Made by a program: the position numbers and the translations under genes. A model generated the notes under the pieces. The model was given only the letters and a program-made list of their open reading frames with translations, was not told the DNA's origin and made no database searches. This document shows, piece by piece, positions 10,544 to 21,140 of a stretch of 64,000 bases of DNA. The DNA is from Bacteroidia bacterium (lineage in GTDB: Bacteria; Bacteroidota; Bacteroidia; NS11-12g; UBA9320): contig CBDCFW010000005.1 in the NCBI GenBank assembly GCA_965216465.1, positions 690,816 to 754,815 on the forward strand, given 5' to 3'. Position 1 is the first letter of the stretch. Every line of letters starts with the position of its first letter.

Positions 10544-11077
10544 ATGCTTTATCTTTTTATAATACTTTCATTTTTAAGTTGTAATGAAAAGAAATCCCAC
10601 AAAAGCAGCGATGACGTCAAGCAAAGTTCAACAATTAAATGCGACGATTTTGGCTGTGAGGGACAATACAAAGGACCTGAATTTATAAACGGAGATGATA
10701 TAGCCCATCAATTCTCGAACAAGATGTCGGCAAAAGTCGGTGACCAACTTAAAAAGTTATACGCTCAAAAGAAATTTGTAAAAGTAGACTTCAATAAGCT
10801 AACCATGTACACCGAGGGCATGGGCACGGGCAATGTTATTTACAGCTTGAATATTCCATTTGAAGAAGTAAACACAGCTTGTGAAGCTTTCACGTCATTT
10901 GATCATGTCGGAGGTTGGAATCACAGTCCTGCGTTAGAGGCACGTAAAAAGCAATTGAGCAAGGCACTTTTAGCTGGCGATAGCTTAGACATTAGCTCGC
11001 TTAAAACTACACCAGAAGGATTGCAGGAATATTGGATCCAATGGAGACATAAGCAGGTTCAAGCATCTTGTAATTAA
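10544..11077 (+). CDS. Hypothetical lipoprotein
   Basis: Lipobox FLSC; conserved-looking FDHVGGWNH and LQEYWIQWR. Confidence 0.7.
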   Translation: MLYLFIILSFLSCNEKKSHKSSDDVKQSSTIKCDDFGCEGQYKGPEFINGDDIAHQFSNKMSAKVGDQLKKLYAQKKFVKVDFNKLTMYTEGMGTGNVIYSLNIPFEEVNTACEAFTSFDHVGGWNHSPALEARKKQLSKALLAGDSLDISSLKTTPEGLQEYWIQWRHKQVQASCN

Positions 11078-11099
11078 GCTTTTAACTTTGCCTTGATTT

Positions 11100-11672
11100 A
11101 TGAATCATCGTCATTTCAAAATTTATAAACCTACAGGCTACCTCTCGCAATTTGTAAATAATCAGAACAGAAGACGAAATAAAAAACTGCTTAGCGAACT
11201 GGGTGATTTCCCTGAAGGAACAATGTCTGTTGGTAGGCTAGACGAAAAGTCTGAAGGTCTATTGCTTTTAACTACGGATGGTCGTCTGAGCAACAAAGTA
11301 CTCTCTAAGAAAGTTGAAAAGGAATATTGGGTACAGGTAGAAGGAATTGTAAGTCCAACATCCATTTCAAAACTTGAAGCTGGTGTCGAGATTACCATTA
11401 ATAAAAAGAAGTACACCACTCTTCCAGCCAAAGCCTATAGCATAAATCCAGCACCTGCAGTTTCTCCTCCTCCACGGGGAGAACGCGATATTCACAAAGA
11501 AACAAGTTGGATTTCAATAACTATTTGCGAAGGAAAGTACAGGCAAGTACGTAGAATGACAGCAGCCCTAGGTCATCCTACCCTTCGCTTAATTCGGGTA
11601 CGCGTAGGGAACGAGAAAATTGACGATTTAGTTCCAGGAGAGTTTGTGGAAGTGTCAGATTACAAGCTTTAA
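11100..11672 (+). CDS. rluE: RsuA/RluE-family rRNA pseudouridine synthase
   Basis: GRLD catalytic motif, EGKYRQVRRM, LRLIRVR; no S4 domain. Confidence 0.85.
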   Translation: MNHRHFKIYKPTGYLSQFVNNQNRRRNKKLLSELGDFPEGTMSVGRLDEKSEGLLLLTTDGRLSNKVLSKKVEKEYWVQVEGIVSPTSISKLEAGVEITINKKKYTTLPAKAYSINPAPAVSPPPRGERDIHKETSWISITICEGKYRQVRRMTAALGHPTLRLIRVRVGNEKIDDLVPGEFVEVSDYKL

Positions 11673-11683
11673 TCTAAATGAAA

Positions 11684-12070
11684 TCAGCGTACTCTTAAAT
11701 GGATGAGTACAAAATCTTCGGCCCACGCCGTGCCTGTACCCTCCCATCTCATACTATCACCAATCATCTCTACCTTCCAATAACTATCATCTTCTTCACC
11801 CGCATCGCTATCTAAAAATAGCACATTCTTTTGGTAGGTATAAGCACCTTCATTTGTCCCAAATGGACGTCCAGAAGTTTGAAACCTGCCGTTCTCTTTG
11901 AACTCAATCATTCGTTCATTATTTGGATTGTGTTCTGCAGATACATCTTGACCGCTTTGAATTACGTTTGCCATTTTCCAAACACCGACTAACTCATTCT
12001 TCGGTTGATTACAGGAAAGCAACGAAGAAGTCAACAGTAAACCTGTTATAAGAATAATTGATTTATTCAT
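11684..12070 (-). CDS. Lipocalin-like lipoprotein
   Basis: Lipobox LLSC, LVGVWK. Confidence 0.7.
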   Translation of the reverse strand: MNKSIILITGLLLTSSLLSCNQPKNELVGVWKMANVIQSGQDVSAEHNPNNERMIEFKENGRFQTSGRPFGTNEGAYTYQKNVLFLDSDAGEEDDSYWKVEMIGDSMRWEGTGTAWAEDFVLIHLRVR

Positions 12071-12173
12071 GGTGTAAACCTAAGACTTTTATAGCAACAA
12101 CAACAGACCTTCCTAAAACAGAATTAAGCAGTGCTAAATTCAATGGTAACTTTTGTTAGTTTCGCCCGTCTAA

Positions 12174-12968
12174 ATGAACAAGATGACCCGATCAATTATA
12201 CTCTTCACACTCGTACTTATATTTTCTTGCAAGCCAATGATTAGGGTTACTGACTATGTTGAATTCGACATCTACTCGTATAAAAAAGATGGCAATGAAT
12301 ATGGTGCCGCGATGCCAAAAATTAAGGATAGTACATTACTTCACCCCTACGAGCGACGGTTTGAATATCTGTTGCTAAATACGCCCAAGATTCATCAACC
12401 TGAAAGCTACGACGAGCGCAAAAAACTCTTCGAACTTTACCCAGACACTGCTGCTCTTGCAGAAGAATATGCTCAAATACTGACACAAGACAAAGATTTG
12501 AATTCCTACTTTTTTCAGGCTATTCGCCCGCTAATTTATGAGGATGTTGAACCCTCCCTTACCTATTCTGAGTCTGAGGTCATGGAAGTAGCTTCAAAAT
12601 TCTTTTACTGTGATAAGGTTAATCCAGACACCTCAATACAGTTTCATATTTGCATTGGTCTTAACGGAGTTCAAGAAGCAAACTGGGATAAGGACTACCG
12701 ATTGGTTGAAGCATTTTGTTACGAAGCAATATTTACCGATTTTGATAACGACACCTCTCAACTGATATCTAAGTTTGCAGCTGAATTAAACCAAGTTAAC
12801 AAAGCTTTTAAACCGATGATCACCTCTTTTAACCAACATTTAAATGACGTTAAATTGGAGATGTTTTCAAGAATGAAGAACGAAATCGCTCTCAAACTGG
12901 TTCTTTCCACATACTTTGCTAATAATCAGGAAAATCTAGCATTTATGGTACCAGATTGGACCGACTAA
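12174..12968 (+). CDS. Hypothetical lipoprotein
   Basis: Lipobox IFSC, 264-aa ORF. Confidence 0.7.
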   Translation: MNKMTRSIILFTLVLIFSCKPMIRVTDYVEFDIYSYKKDGNEYGAAMPKIKDSTLLHPYERRFEYLLLNTPKIHQPESYDERKKLFELYPDTAALAEEYAQILTQDKDLNSYFFQAIRPLIYEDVEPSLTYSESEVMEVASKFFYCDKVNPDTSIQFHICIGLNGVQEANWDKDYRLVEAFCYEAIFTDFDNDTSQLISKFAAELNQVNKAFKPMITSFNQHLNDVKLEMFSRMKNEIALKLVLSTYFANNQENLAFMVPDWTD

Positions 12969-13019
12969 CACTCCTCACAACCTCACTTTCTCTCAATTTT
13001 TTGCTATATTGAGCGAATC

Positions 13020-15149
13020 ATGAAAAAAGTGATAGTACTAACCTTAATGCTCACTGCCCCATGGTTGAGCTTTTCTCAAAATGCTTTGTGCTTTGATGGA
13101 TCAGACGACGGTGTAAACTGCGGAACTAACTCCTCTCACAATGTAGGGAATACGTCGTTCTCCCTTGAGGCTTGGATTTATCCAAAATCGTTCGCAAAAG
13201 ATGTATTCGAAGGCAGCATAATCATTCAAGAAAATAATTCAAATAATGGAGGCTTCATGCTAAGGGCTGGTGCTACAAATCAACTGAACTTTGCTATTGG
13301 TGAAGGCCAAGGTCAAGATTGGGCCGAGTTAACCACTAGTAATATCTTAGCCTTAGATTCTTGGCAACATGTTGCCGCTACATACGATGGCTCTAAAATG
13401 AGACTTTACCTTGATGGAGTTCTTGTAGATTCATTATCTGAATCATTTAGCGTTGATGGTCACGGAGCCACGCCCCTTACCATAGGATATCATCCGAACT
13501 ATAGTACCCGTTTATGGGATGGTGCTATTGATGAGGTTAGGATTTGGGACAAAACCTTAACTCAAGCCGAAATTCAAAGTAATATGAATCGTGAATTTTG
13601 CGACACATTAATTGATTTAGTCGCCTACTATAAATTTGACCAAGGAACAGCCGGTGGAACCAATACGAGTATCTCGGCGGCAACCGATTATTCGTACAAT
13701 CAAATTAATGCTGCTTTGAATAATTTTGGACTGACCAGCACCTGCTCAAATTTTATTAATGGACCATCATTATCACAAGATACAACCACAATAAACTTGT
13801 CGAATACAGCTTGTAATCTCTATACAGACCCCAACATAAACCAAACTTTTAATGCAGATACCTTGCTTGATTACCACATGCCAAATTCAGATGGCTGTGT
13901 GAATCGTATTATTCGAAACGTAACCATTAATTACAGTAGCCTTTCGAATATCACTGTAACAGCCTGCGATAGCTTTGTTTCTCCTTCTGGCGATGTGTAC
14001 TTTACTTCAGGCACCTATTACGACAACGTCAAAAATCAGCAGAATTGTGATAGCCTTATTACCATATTTTTAACCATTGCAAACAGCCCAATAACTGAAG
14101 TTAGTTATACCAACTGTGACAGCTTTTACATCCAGAGTATGGATCAGTGGGTTTATAACTCGGGCATTTATACTGACACTTTAACGAACCAACTTTCATG
14201 TGATAGCATAGTCAATTACGACATTCAAATTAACCGTCCATCATATGCTGACACAACGTTGTTTTTCTGCAAGTTTGTTTTCAACCCTACAGGAAGCGAA
14301 GTATGGCAGGAAGAAGGCATCTATTATGACACCATAGCGAACCATTTAAACTGCGACAGTATTATTACGTACCATGTAATTTCCAGTAGAACTTACGACA
14401 CCATAACAATAAGTTCTTGTGGAGAATATATCAGTCCATTTGGCACAAAAACATGGACATCATCTGGTGTTTATAACGACACCTTACCCTTTGGCAACCA
14501 ATTTGTTTGCGACAGCATTATTCAGGTCAACTTAACTGTAAATGAGCCTGTTACTACACAAGAAGATTTGTCTGCTTGCTTCAGTACTATACTTCCCTCA
14601 GGCAAACGTGTAACTGAGTCTGGTTTGTACCGCGACACGCTTCAAACTATTCATGCATGTGATAGTATTATTGAATATGACGTAACCATCAACACCGTGA
14701 ATGTAGATGTAAAGGTTGAAGACTTTACGCTAACTGCACTCTCTACCGTGGCTAATGAATTGCAATGGCTAGATTGTGAAAGTAGTTTTTCAGAGATTTC
14801 AGGTGCAACAGCTGACACCTTCCAAAGCGATAATCACGGAAGTTTTGCGGTTGAAGTTACCGAAGATGCATGTGTTGACACATCCGAGTGTTATGAGATT
14901 TATGGGTTGAGTATTTATGAAGCCGAAGGCGATATAAAAATCTATCCTAATCCAAGCTCTGGAAGTGTATTCATAACCGGAATTCATCAAAAAACCAGCT
15001 TCAGAGTATATAACTCATTAGGGAAACTGATTGATAAGGGCATACTTAATTCACGAGTTGATCTGCCTAAACAAAATGGCATTTACTTTTTAGAATTAGT
15101 GTCGGGATATGACATAATTCTCAAAGAGCGGATTATTGTACATCGCTAG
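13020..15149 (+). CDS. LamG-like jellyroll + Cys-paired ~51-aa repeats + T9SS CTD
   Basis: WQHVAATYDG...LYLDG, IDEVRIW, repeated CDS motifs, IYPNP. Confidence 0.88.
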   Translation: MKKVIVLTLMLTAPWLSFSQNALCFDGSDDGVNCGTNSSHNVGNTSFSLEAWIYPKSFAKDVFEGSIIIQENNSNNGGFMLRAGATNQLNFAIGEGQGQDWAELTTSNILALDSWQHVAATYDGSKMRLYLDGVLVDSLSESFSVDGHGATPLTIGYHPNYSTRLWDGAIDEVRIWDKTLTQAEIQSNMNREFCDTLIDLVAYYKFDQGTAGGTNTSISAATDYSYNQINAALNNFGLTSTCSNFINGPSLSQDTTTINLSNTACNLYTDPNINQTFNADTLLDYHMPNSDGCVNRIIRNVTINYSSLSNITVTACDSFVSPSGDVYFTSGTYYDNVKNQQNCDSLITIFLTIANSPITEVSYTNCDSFYIQSMDQWVYNSGIYTDTLTNQLSCDSIVNYDIQINRPSYADTTLFFCKFVFNPTGSEVWQEEGIYYDTIANHLNCDSIITYHVISSRTYDTITISSCGEYISPFGTKTWTSSGVYNDTLPFGNQFVCDSIIQVNLTVNEPVTTQEDLSACFSTILPSGKRVTESGLYRDTLQTIHACDSIIEYDVTINTVNVDVKVEDFTLTALSTVANELQWLDCESSFSEISGATADTFQSDNHGSFAVEVTEDACVDTSECYEIYGLSIYEAEGDIKIYPNPSSGSVFITGIHQKTSFRVYNSLGKLIDKGILNSRVDLPKQNGIYFLELVSGYDIILKERIIVHR

Positions 15150-15515
15150 TTAAGCTTGGCGGAGAATTTTCTCCATTTTTCGACCTCTGGCAAGTTCATC
15201 AATCAATTTGTCGAGGTAGCGAACTTCTCGTGTGAGTTGCGTTTTGATTTCCTCAACTCGATAACCACAGATCATACCTTTGATGAGGTGTGCATTAGGA
15301 TTCAAGTTGGCTTTTTCAAAGAATGTCTTAAACGTGACTTCGCTTTCAATTAGTTCTTTTAAATCCTTCTCATCGAAACCCGTAAGCCATTCAATCACTT
15401 GGTGAAGTTCATCAACCGTTCTTCCCTTCTTCTCAACTTTTGAAACATACATGGGGTAAATCGAAGCAAAGGTGTATTCAGCTATGGTTTTATCGTGTTC
15501 AGGCGTTGTCGTCAT
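15150..15515 (-). CDS. DUF2200 family protein
   Basis: FASIYPMY...KKGRT...GMICGYRVEEI...RYLDKLIDELA. Confidence 0.85.
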   Translation of the reverse strand: MTTTPEHDKTIAEYTFASIYPMYVSKVEKKGRTVDELHQVIEWLTGFDEKDLKELIESEVTFKTFFEKANLNPNAHLIKGMICGYRVEEIKTQLTREVRYLDKLIDELARGRKMEKILRQA

Positions 15516-15552
15516 TGCGAAAAATTAGCTGTAAAGTTAATAAATTCAAATA

Positions 15553-15617
15553 GGAAGTAATGCCAACTCGCCGGGAATTTTAACCGAGTATTCGCCTTCA
15601 AAGTGGGGTCAACTTTG
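15553..15617 (+). promoter_or_regulatory. AraC-type operator + -7 box of the AhpD-like gene
   Basis: GGAAGTAATGCCAA with a second half-site 21 bp later; TTTG ends 51 bp after CCAA, the same spacing as at 17104. Confidence 0.65.
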
Positions 15618-15637
15618 CATTATAAATAATTAAAAAA

Positions 15638-16180
15638 ATGCAAACATTAACACAAATTCAAGTTCCAACAGCGGAACAAGTAGACGAAAAAAGTCAAGAA
15701 ATCTTTGGTCAATTAAGAGGTCAATTGGGTATGGTTCCAAACCTTTATGCGACTCTTGGGTATTCTAGTAATGCACTTAAAAACTTTTTAGCATTATCAG
15801 GAGATGCCGGTAAAGGAAGCTTTTCAAACAAAGAAATTGAAGCGATTAAGCTTGCAGTATCGCAAGAGAACAATTGCGTTTACTGTAAATCAGCACACAC
15901 TGCAATTGCTAAAATGAACGGTTTCAGTCATGAAGAGACAGAACATTTAAGAGCATGTACGATTGCTGACGACAAGCTAAGATTTCTTACCACTTTTGCT
16001 AAGCAAGTGGCTCGAAATGCAGGCCATGTGGAAGAAGAGCTGAGAGATCAATTTTTTGCTTACGGGTACAAAGAGAGAGATCTAATTGAGTTCATCTCTG
16101 TAGTGATTGCAGTTACCTTTACAAACTACACGCACGCACTTACCCAAGTAGATGTAGACTTTCCTCTAGTGAATAATTAA
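15638..16180 (+). CDS. AhpD/carboxymuconolactone decarboxylase-family peroxidase-related protein
   Basis: EAIKLAVSQENNCVYCKSAH (CxxC-H). Confidence 0.88.
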   Translation: MQTLTQIQVPTAEQVDEKSQEIFGQLRGQLGMVPNLYATLGYSSNALKNFLALSGDAGKGSFSNKEIEAIKLAVSQENNCVYCKSAHTAIAKMNGFSHEETEHLRACTIADDKLRFLTTFAKQVARNAGHVEEELRDQFFAYGYKERDLIEFISVVIAVTFTNYTHALTQVDVDFPLVNN

Positions 16181-16217
16181 TTGGTTTGATTCAAACTTCC
16201 ATTCGGAAGAAATACAA

Positions 16218-16245
16218 AAGAAGGGGTAAGTTTTTACCCCTTCTT
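16218..16245 (+). terminator. Hairpin terminator
   Basis: AAGAAGGGGTAA...TTACCCCTTCTT. Confidence 0.65.
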
Positions 16246-16266
16246 CGTATAATAACCAAATAGAAT

Positions 16267-17094
16267 ATGAAATATCACAATAATTTAGGCGAACACATCG
16301 AATTTGCGGAAGTAACAGCGGAGAATTGCTCGTTTTATGAGCATACTGACGCCGAAGTTTACCAACTGTTCTGGTTCACATCTGACCATAATGTTCTATT
16401 TATTGACGGCGAAGAGTTCATTTACAACAAAAACGATATCATTTTCTTAACCTACTTCAACAAAGTAGAGTTTAAGCAAATAAATCAGATGAATTTACTT
16501 CGTTTTAATCGCTCATTTTATTGCATCAAAGATCACGACAGTGAGGTAGGCTGTAATGGATTGCTTTTTTTTGGTAGTGCTGAACCAGCGCACATAATGC
16601 CCAACAAAACAGAACTAGAGGTTCTTGCCTTGGCATGGAAAATGGCAGTTTTGGAGTTTGAAATGCGCGACAATTTGCAGCTTGAAATGCTTCGTATGAT
16701 GCTGAAGAGAATACTAATTCTTTGTACGAGAATCTTCAAGACACAAAGTAACCATAACAATCTCAGTGTATCTGAGCATGACTTGGTACGCAAGTTCAAT
16801 TATTTGGTTGAAACTCATTTTAAGGAAATGCATAAGGTTTCTAAGTACGCAGATATGCTTCATAAGTCGCCCAAGACAATATCAAATTTGTTTAAAAAAC
16901 TTGGTGTGAAATCACCGCTTGAATTCATTCAAGACAGAATAATGTTAGAAGCAAAAAGAAAGCTTTGGCACACACAACGTGACATATCTGAAATCGCGTA
17001 TGATCTAGGATTTAGCGACATTCAAGCTTTCAGCCGATTTTACAAGAAAAACAAAGGGGTCTCTCCTACCGAGTGTCGTGCTCAAAATCAATAA
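16267..17094 (+). CDS. AraC-family regulator (two Cys in sensor region)
   Basis: C-terminal EIAYDLGFSDIQAFSRF HTH; YCIKDHDSEVGCNG. Confidence 0.9.
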   Translation: MKYHNNLGEHIEFAEVTAENCSFYEHTDAEVYQLFWFTSDHNVLFIDGEEFIYNKNDIIFLTYFNKVEFKQINQMNLLRFNRSFYCIKDHDSEVGCNGLLFFGSAEPAHIMPNKTELEVLALAWKMAVLEFEMRDNLQLEMLRMMLKRILILCTRIFKTQSNHNNLSVSEHDLVRKFNYLVETHFKEMHKVSKYADMLHKSPKTISNLFKKLGVKSPLEFIQDRIMLEAKRKLWHTQRDISEIAYDLGFSDIQAFSRFYKKNKGVSPTECRAQNQ

Positions 17095-17103
17095 TACACC
17101 AAG

Positions 17104-17168
17104 GGAAAAATTGCCAAATCAACGTGTAATCTAGCCAACAATTTGGCCTCAAGCTATAGTTAGATTTG
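17104..17168 (+). promoter_or_regulatory. AraC-type operator + -7 box of the thioredoxin gene
   Basis: GGAAAAATTGCCAA...GCCAA repeat and TAGATTTG at the same spacing as 15553. Confidence 0.65.
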
Positions 17169-17187
17169 AAGTATAAAATAATACATC

Positions 17188-17526
17188 ATGAAAGAAATAA
17201 ACGGACTCAGAGAATTAAAGAAATTTGTAAATCAAGAAAAACCAGTTGTGCTTGACTTCTATGCAAAATGGTGTGGCCCTTGTCAAGCATTAATTCCTAC
17301 CCTTGAGCGCGTTGAAGAAGACCATAAAGAGGATGTAGCCTTTGGCAAAGTAAATATTGACCTCAACGGCGACTTGGCTACGCTCTTTAAGGTAAGAAGC
17401 ATCCCTTCAGTATTTTATATCGATAAAGGACAAATTAGAAAAAATGAACTAGGCAATCAGAGCGAAGAAGCCATAGTTGCCAATATTGAAGATTTGCTTA
17501 AAAATCGCGAAACTGCCCCGGTATAA
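17188..17526 (+). CDS. Thioredoxin
   Basis: WCGPC active site, RSIP. Confidence 0.92.
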   Translation: MKEINGLRELKKFVNQEKPVVLDFYAKWCGPCQALIPTLERVEEDHKEDVAFGKVNIDLNGDLATLFKVRSIPSVFYIDKGQIRKNELGNQSEEAIVANIEDLLKNRETAPV

Positions 17527-17577
17527 ATTAAAGGGTAAAGATTTGGTACATAACAAGCGGGGTTAGTTTCATATTGG

Positions 17578-17607
17578 AAGCCCAGACAATAACGGTCTGG
17601 GCTTTTT
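17578..17607 (+). terminator. Rho-independent terminator
   Basis: AAGCCCAGAC...GTCTGGGCTTTTT. Confidence 0.8.
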
Positions 17608-17693
17608 AATTGACTGAGTGAAACAATAACTTCATATTGCAGCCATACAATCAAATTAAATTTGGCGTTATATTTTGTAACTTTATCCCTTTA

Positions 17694-19326
17694 ATGAGAC
17701 TCTTCACCTTTAAAAATGCCTTAGTACTTTGCTTACTGGCTTTGATTTCGTGGAGCTTTAAAATTTCACAAAACAAGGTTGACCGCGATGAGATTATTGG
17801 TCAGACCGCACCAGCTGACATGCGCTTTGTTAAAGGAAAAGGAAACATCCCCTCTTTCTACATCGGTGTTTCTGAAGAGCCAAACATAAACTACGTCCTC
17901 TATCTTGAATGGCTCGAACGTGTATATGTAGACTATCCAGAGGTCTATGAGAAAGCCAAGCCGCATGTAGCCAATCAAAAAATTGCCTTTAACGACCCAT
18001 ACCTCGAATACCACATGGAGCACCCTGCTTTCGCGTATTACCCCAGTAACAGGGCTTAGTTGGAATCAAGTCAATCGGTATTTGCAATGGAAGACCGATC
18101 GAGTAAACGAAGACATTCTTATTAGACTAAAAGTCTTAGAAGAAGATGGTGGCCAAATGAATGAAGCTGTCTTCAACACTGAAACGTACATCTACGGTCA
18201 GGATGATGGAATTATCTATCGCAAACACAGACGTAATCAACTTCATTGGTCAGAAGGCGTGCTCTTTCCTTCGTTCAGATTACCCAGCGAAGCAGAATGG
18301 GAAATGCTTACAGAGGATAATAATGTTAATCAATCTCGTAGTTTTTATCCCTATGGGAAAGACTATTTCAGTTTGCGATGGTTAACAATATACAAGAAAC
18401 AAGACGAAGGCCCATCTTACTACAATTACTCAATCCCCAACTATAAATCTTATTGGAGATCGAATAAGCCTCCTGAAAATCAACAGAACAGAATTCACGG
18501 ACCTTGGTCTTCAGAACACCCTATCAATTTGTCAGGAAATGTTAAAGAATGGCTAATCGATTTTTATGGTGATGAGAAAATAACCCAATGGTCGAGTACC
18601 AAAGAAATGCTTAATCGCAATGGATTTAATGCTGAAATCAAGGATGATTCAACTGTTTATGACGAATATGGCATCATTAATCTAAAAGACTATTTAGGCA
18701 ACTTCCCCTTTAAGATTGGGGCCACTGAAATGGATGGCTCAGCCATGTGGGTAAAGCCTCCTGTTCCGTTTAGCCCTCTGTCTTACAGATATGCGGTTGT
18801 AGACTATAATTTGGGTCATGACACCCTTGGCATAATTTACACTTTCGATGAATTCTTCAAAACATTCAATACCAAGATCTACGATTACTATTTTGAAAAG
18901 AAGCTCCACGGGAATGGGCTAAATCCTAATTTTTTAACTTCTAAGTTTAACCACAGCTCTCATTACTACACCTATTCTAAATTAAACCAGGATTCTTTGA
19001 GGGCAATCGTAAGGCATTTTGCACTAGAGATGTGGAAGTCGATTCACGATGACAAATCCATTGGCGTTGTAGCTCACAATCATCAAATGCATGCTTGCTA
19101 TAAGTCTAAACGAGGTTATTTCATCAGGAAAGGAATGACTCAAGCGGCTCCAAGCTTTCTACCATATAATGATTCCCTACGCTTGGTGCGCGGCGGAGAT
19201 TGGAAAAACCCGGATTTTAACGCTCGGATGGCCATGCGTCCTGATAGTGCAGCCAACAATGTAGGTTTTAGATGTGTGCTTCCTTACACCTCAATGCCCG
19301 TTGAAAAACAATATAAAGTCAAATAA
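17694..19326 (+). pseudogene. SUMF1/FGE-sulfatase domain protein (GldJ/GldK-like), frameshifted at 18041-18044
   Basis: Removing one C from CCCC joins HPAFAYYP to VTGLSW; RLPSEAEWE, NLSGNVKEW, RGGDW, VGFRCV. Confidence 0.8.
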
Positions 19327-19334
19327 ACAAAAGA

Positions 19335-19357
19335 GCCTCATACTTCCGCATGAGGCC
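19335..19357. terminator. Hairpin between convergent genes
   Basis: GCCTCAT...ATGAGGC. Confidence 0.55.
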
Positions 19358-19384
19358 CCTTATGATTAATCTGAGGTTAGTTTT

Positions 19385-20956
19385 TTATTCGATATACACA
19401 CGTGCTGAATACAAAGCGTTATCAAGAATAGTTTTTAAGAAATATGTACCGCTTGAAACATCGCTCGGAATTGACAATTTTTGAGCTGACCCTTCCAAAT
19501 TCCACTCACATACCTTACGTCCATATACATCCCATAACTCTACCGTACTTGGAATTTGTTCTTCGAAATTGATATTCAACTCGGTCGTTGCTGGGTTAGG
19601 ATATACAGTCATTTGGTTAGCTGTCATTTGCTTGAAACCAGCAGTTTCTTCATCTTCCCAATGCATTACTCTAGCCACTGTTACATTATACGCATCGTGA
19701 TTTGGCAAAGCCGTTGTTCCTGCAATTACAAGATTGCCATCAGCTTGCATAGCTGCTGATTTAAAGTGAATGTAAGTTGGTGTAAGACCTAACTCATAGT
19801 TTACATCTCCTTTGGTTCCGAAATCAGGGTGCGCTGTTCCTTTTTCAGTAAGTTTCAACACATAAACATCGTCATAACTCTGACCAGAAAGACTTCCTGT
19901 ACAAATTATTTGGTCGTCCTTATCAACAAATAGTGAGTTTAAATACACCCCATTCATCGTTCCAATATCTGATCCCATTACACCATCGGTTCCAAACGTT
20001 TCATCCGGAACTCCTTGAGCACTGAATCTAAAAATCATTCCATTTCTATCTGGGTTTTGCCCTTCAGAACCAATAGCAACAATTCTTCCTTGGTTGTCGT
20101 ACTTAACGTCCATAATTGTATTGAGCCCGCTTCCTTCATTATACACGAAGTATCCAGCACCATCAAAAGTTGATGTTTTCAGCCCAAATTGATTCAATTT
20201 TACAATTGCTCCATATTGAATATTGTTAGCGTAAGAAACTCCGCCAATAATGAAACTTCCATCGTCTCCAACATCTAAACTTGTTACTTGATCTGATCCT
20301 TTAATATCAATAAGGTTACTGCCACTGCTTGCAAAAGAAGTTACCAATGCACCTGAAGCACTAAACTTGAATAAACCAAAGTTGGTTCCTTCGTCGTCAG
20401 TAGAAACTGAAGCAGCGATATAAAATGAATTTTGGAACAATTCAATATCACGTGGTCTGCACGATTTATCATTTCCAGCATTAAAAAAGGTATATCCTTT
20501 CGAGCCTTCACCAAAGCTTTGATCTAACGATCCATCTTTGTTTAGACGCATAATAAAGCCTTTAGTAACTCCATTTTTTAAAGAACTTCCAACTAAAATG
20601 AGCTTCTCATCCGATAGTTCGAGCATGGCATGAGCTTGATCAGCAGATCCATCTTGAATATCATAAGTCCAATATCCTCCATCACCAAAATTCAGGTCAG
20701 TTGAACCGTTTGAATTTAATCGGGCTACCAGAATATCATTTCCTCCCGACTGAATAATCGTTCCGCAAAAAACAATTTTGTTGTTTTGATCAACGATAAC
20801 GTCATTTAGGTACTCTGCACTATCATCTTCGAAATTGGTGTAAGCAAAGCCGTCGGAGCCAAAGCTGTTGTCAATATCTCCAAGTTCTTGAGCAGATAAC
20901 GAAGCGGCACCGATCATTATCAGAAAGGCAAATGTTAGTTGTAATAATTTGTTCAT
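19385..20956 (-). CDS. Delta-60-repeat beta-propeller protein with T9SS CTD
   Basis: Repeated RLNxDGSLDxSFG units; VYPNP...GTYFL. Confidence 0.88.
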   Translation of the reverse strand: MNKLLQLTFAFLIMIGAASLSAQELGDIDNSFGSDGFAYTNFEDDSAEYLNDVIVDQNNKIVFCGTIIQSGGNDILVARLNSNGSTDLNFGDGGYWTYDIQDGSADQAHAMLELSDEKLILVGSSLKNGVTKGFIMRLNKDGSLDQSFGEGSKGYTFFNAGNDKSCRPRDIELFQNSFYIAASVSTDDEGTNFGLFKFSASGALVTSFASSGSNLIDIKGSDQVTSLDVGDDGSFIIGGVSYANNIQYGAIVKLNQFGLKTSTFDGAGYFVYNEGSGLNTIMDVKYDNQGRIVAIGSEGQNPDRNGMIFRFSAQGVPDETFGTDGVMGSDIGTMNGVYLNSLFVDKDDQIICTGSLSGQSYDDVYVLKLTEKGTAHPDFGTKGDVNYELGLTPTYIHFKSAAMQADGNLVIAGTTALPNHDAYNVTVARVMHWEDEETAGFKQMTANQMTVYPNPATTELNINFEEQIPSTVELWDVYGRKVCEWNLEGSAQKLSIPSDVSSGTYFLKTILDNALYSARVYIE

Positions 20957-20984
20957 GATGTTTATTTTTAAGTTAATTTCTCCT

Positions 20985-21055
20985 CAAAAATTGACTTCCC
21001 TTTGCGCGTTAACAATCAAAAGTTGGCCAACAGAACCTAGAATCAAGTGAAATGC
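20985..21055 (-). promoter_or_regulatory. Putative LytTR operator + -7 box (divergent gene)
   Basis: Minus strand GCATTTCACTTGATTCTAGGTTCTGTTGGCCAAC resembles 23817-23850, with the same 40 bp to TTTG. Confidence 0.6.
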
Positions 21056-21140
21056 ATTTTTCTAAGGGTAAAAGGAAGAATTACTGGGTTAAACTCCTCA
21101 AATTTCAAGATTTGAATAAATCGAATGATTAAATTTGTTC

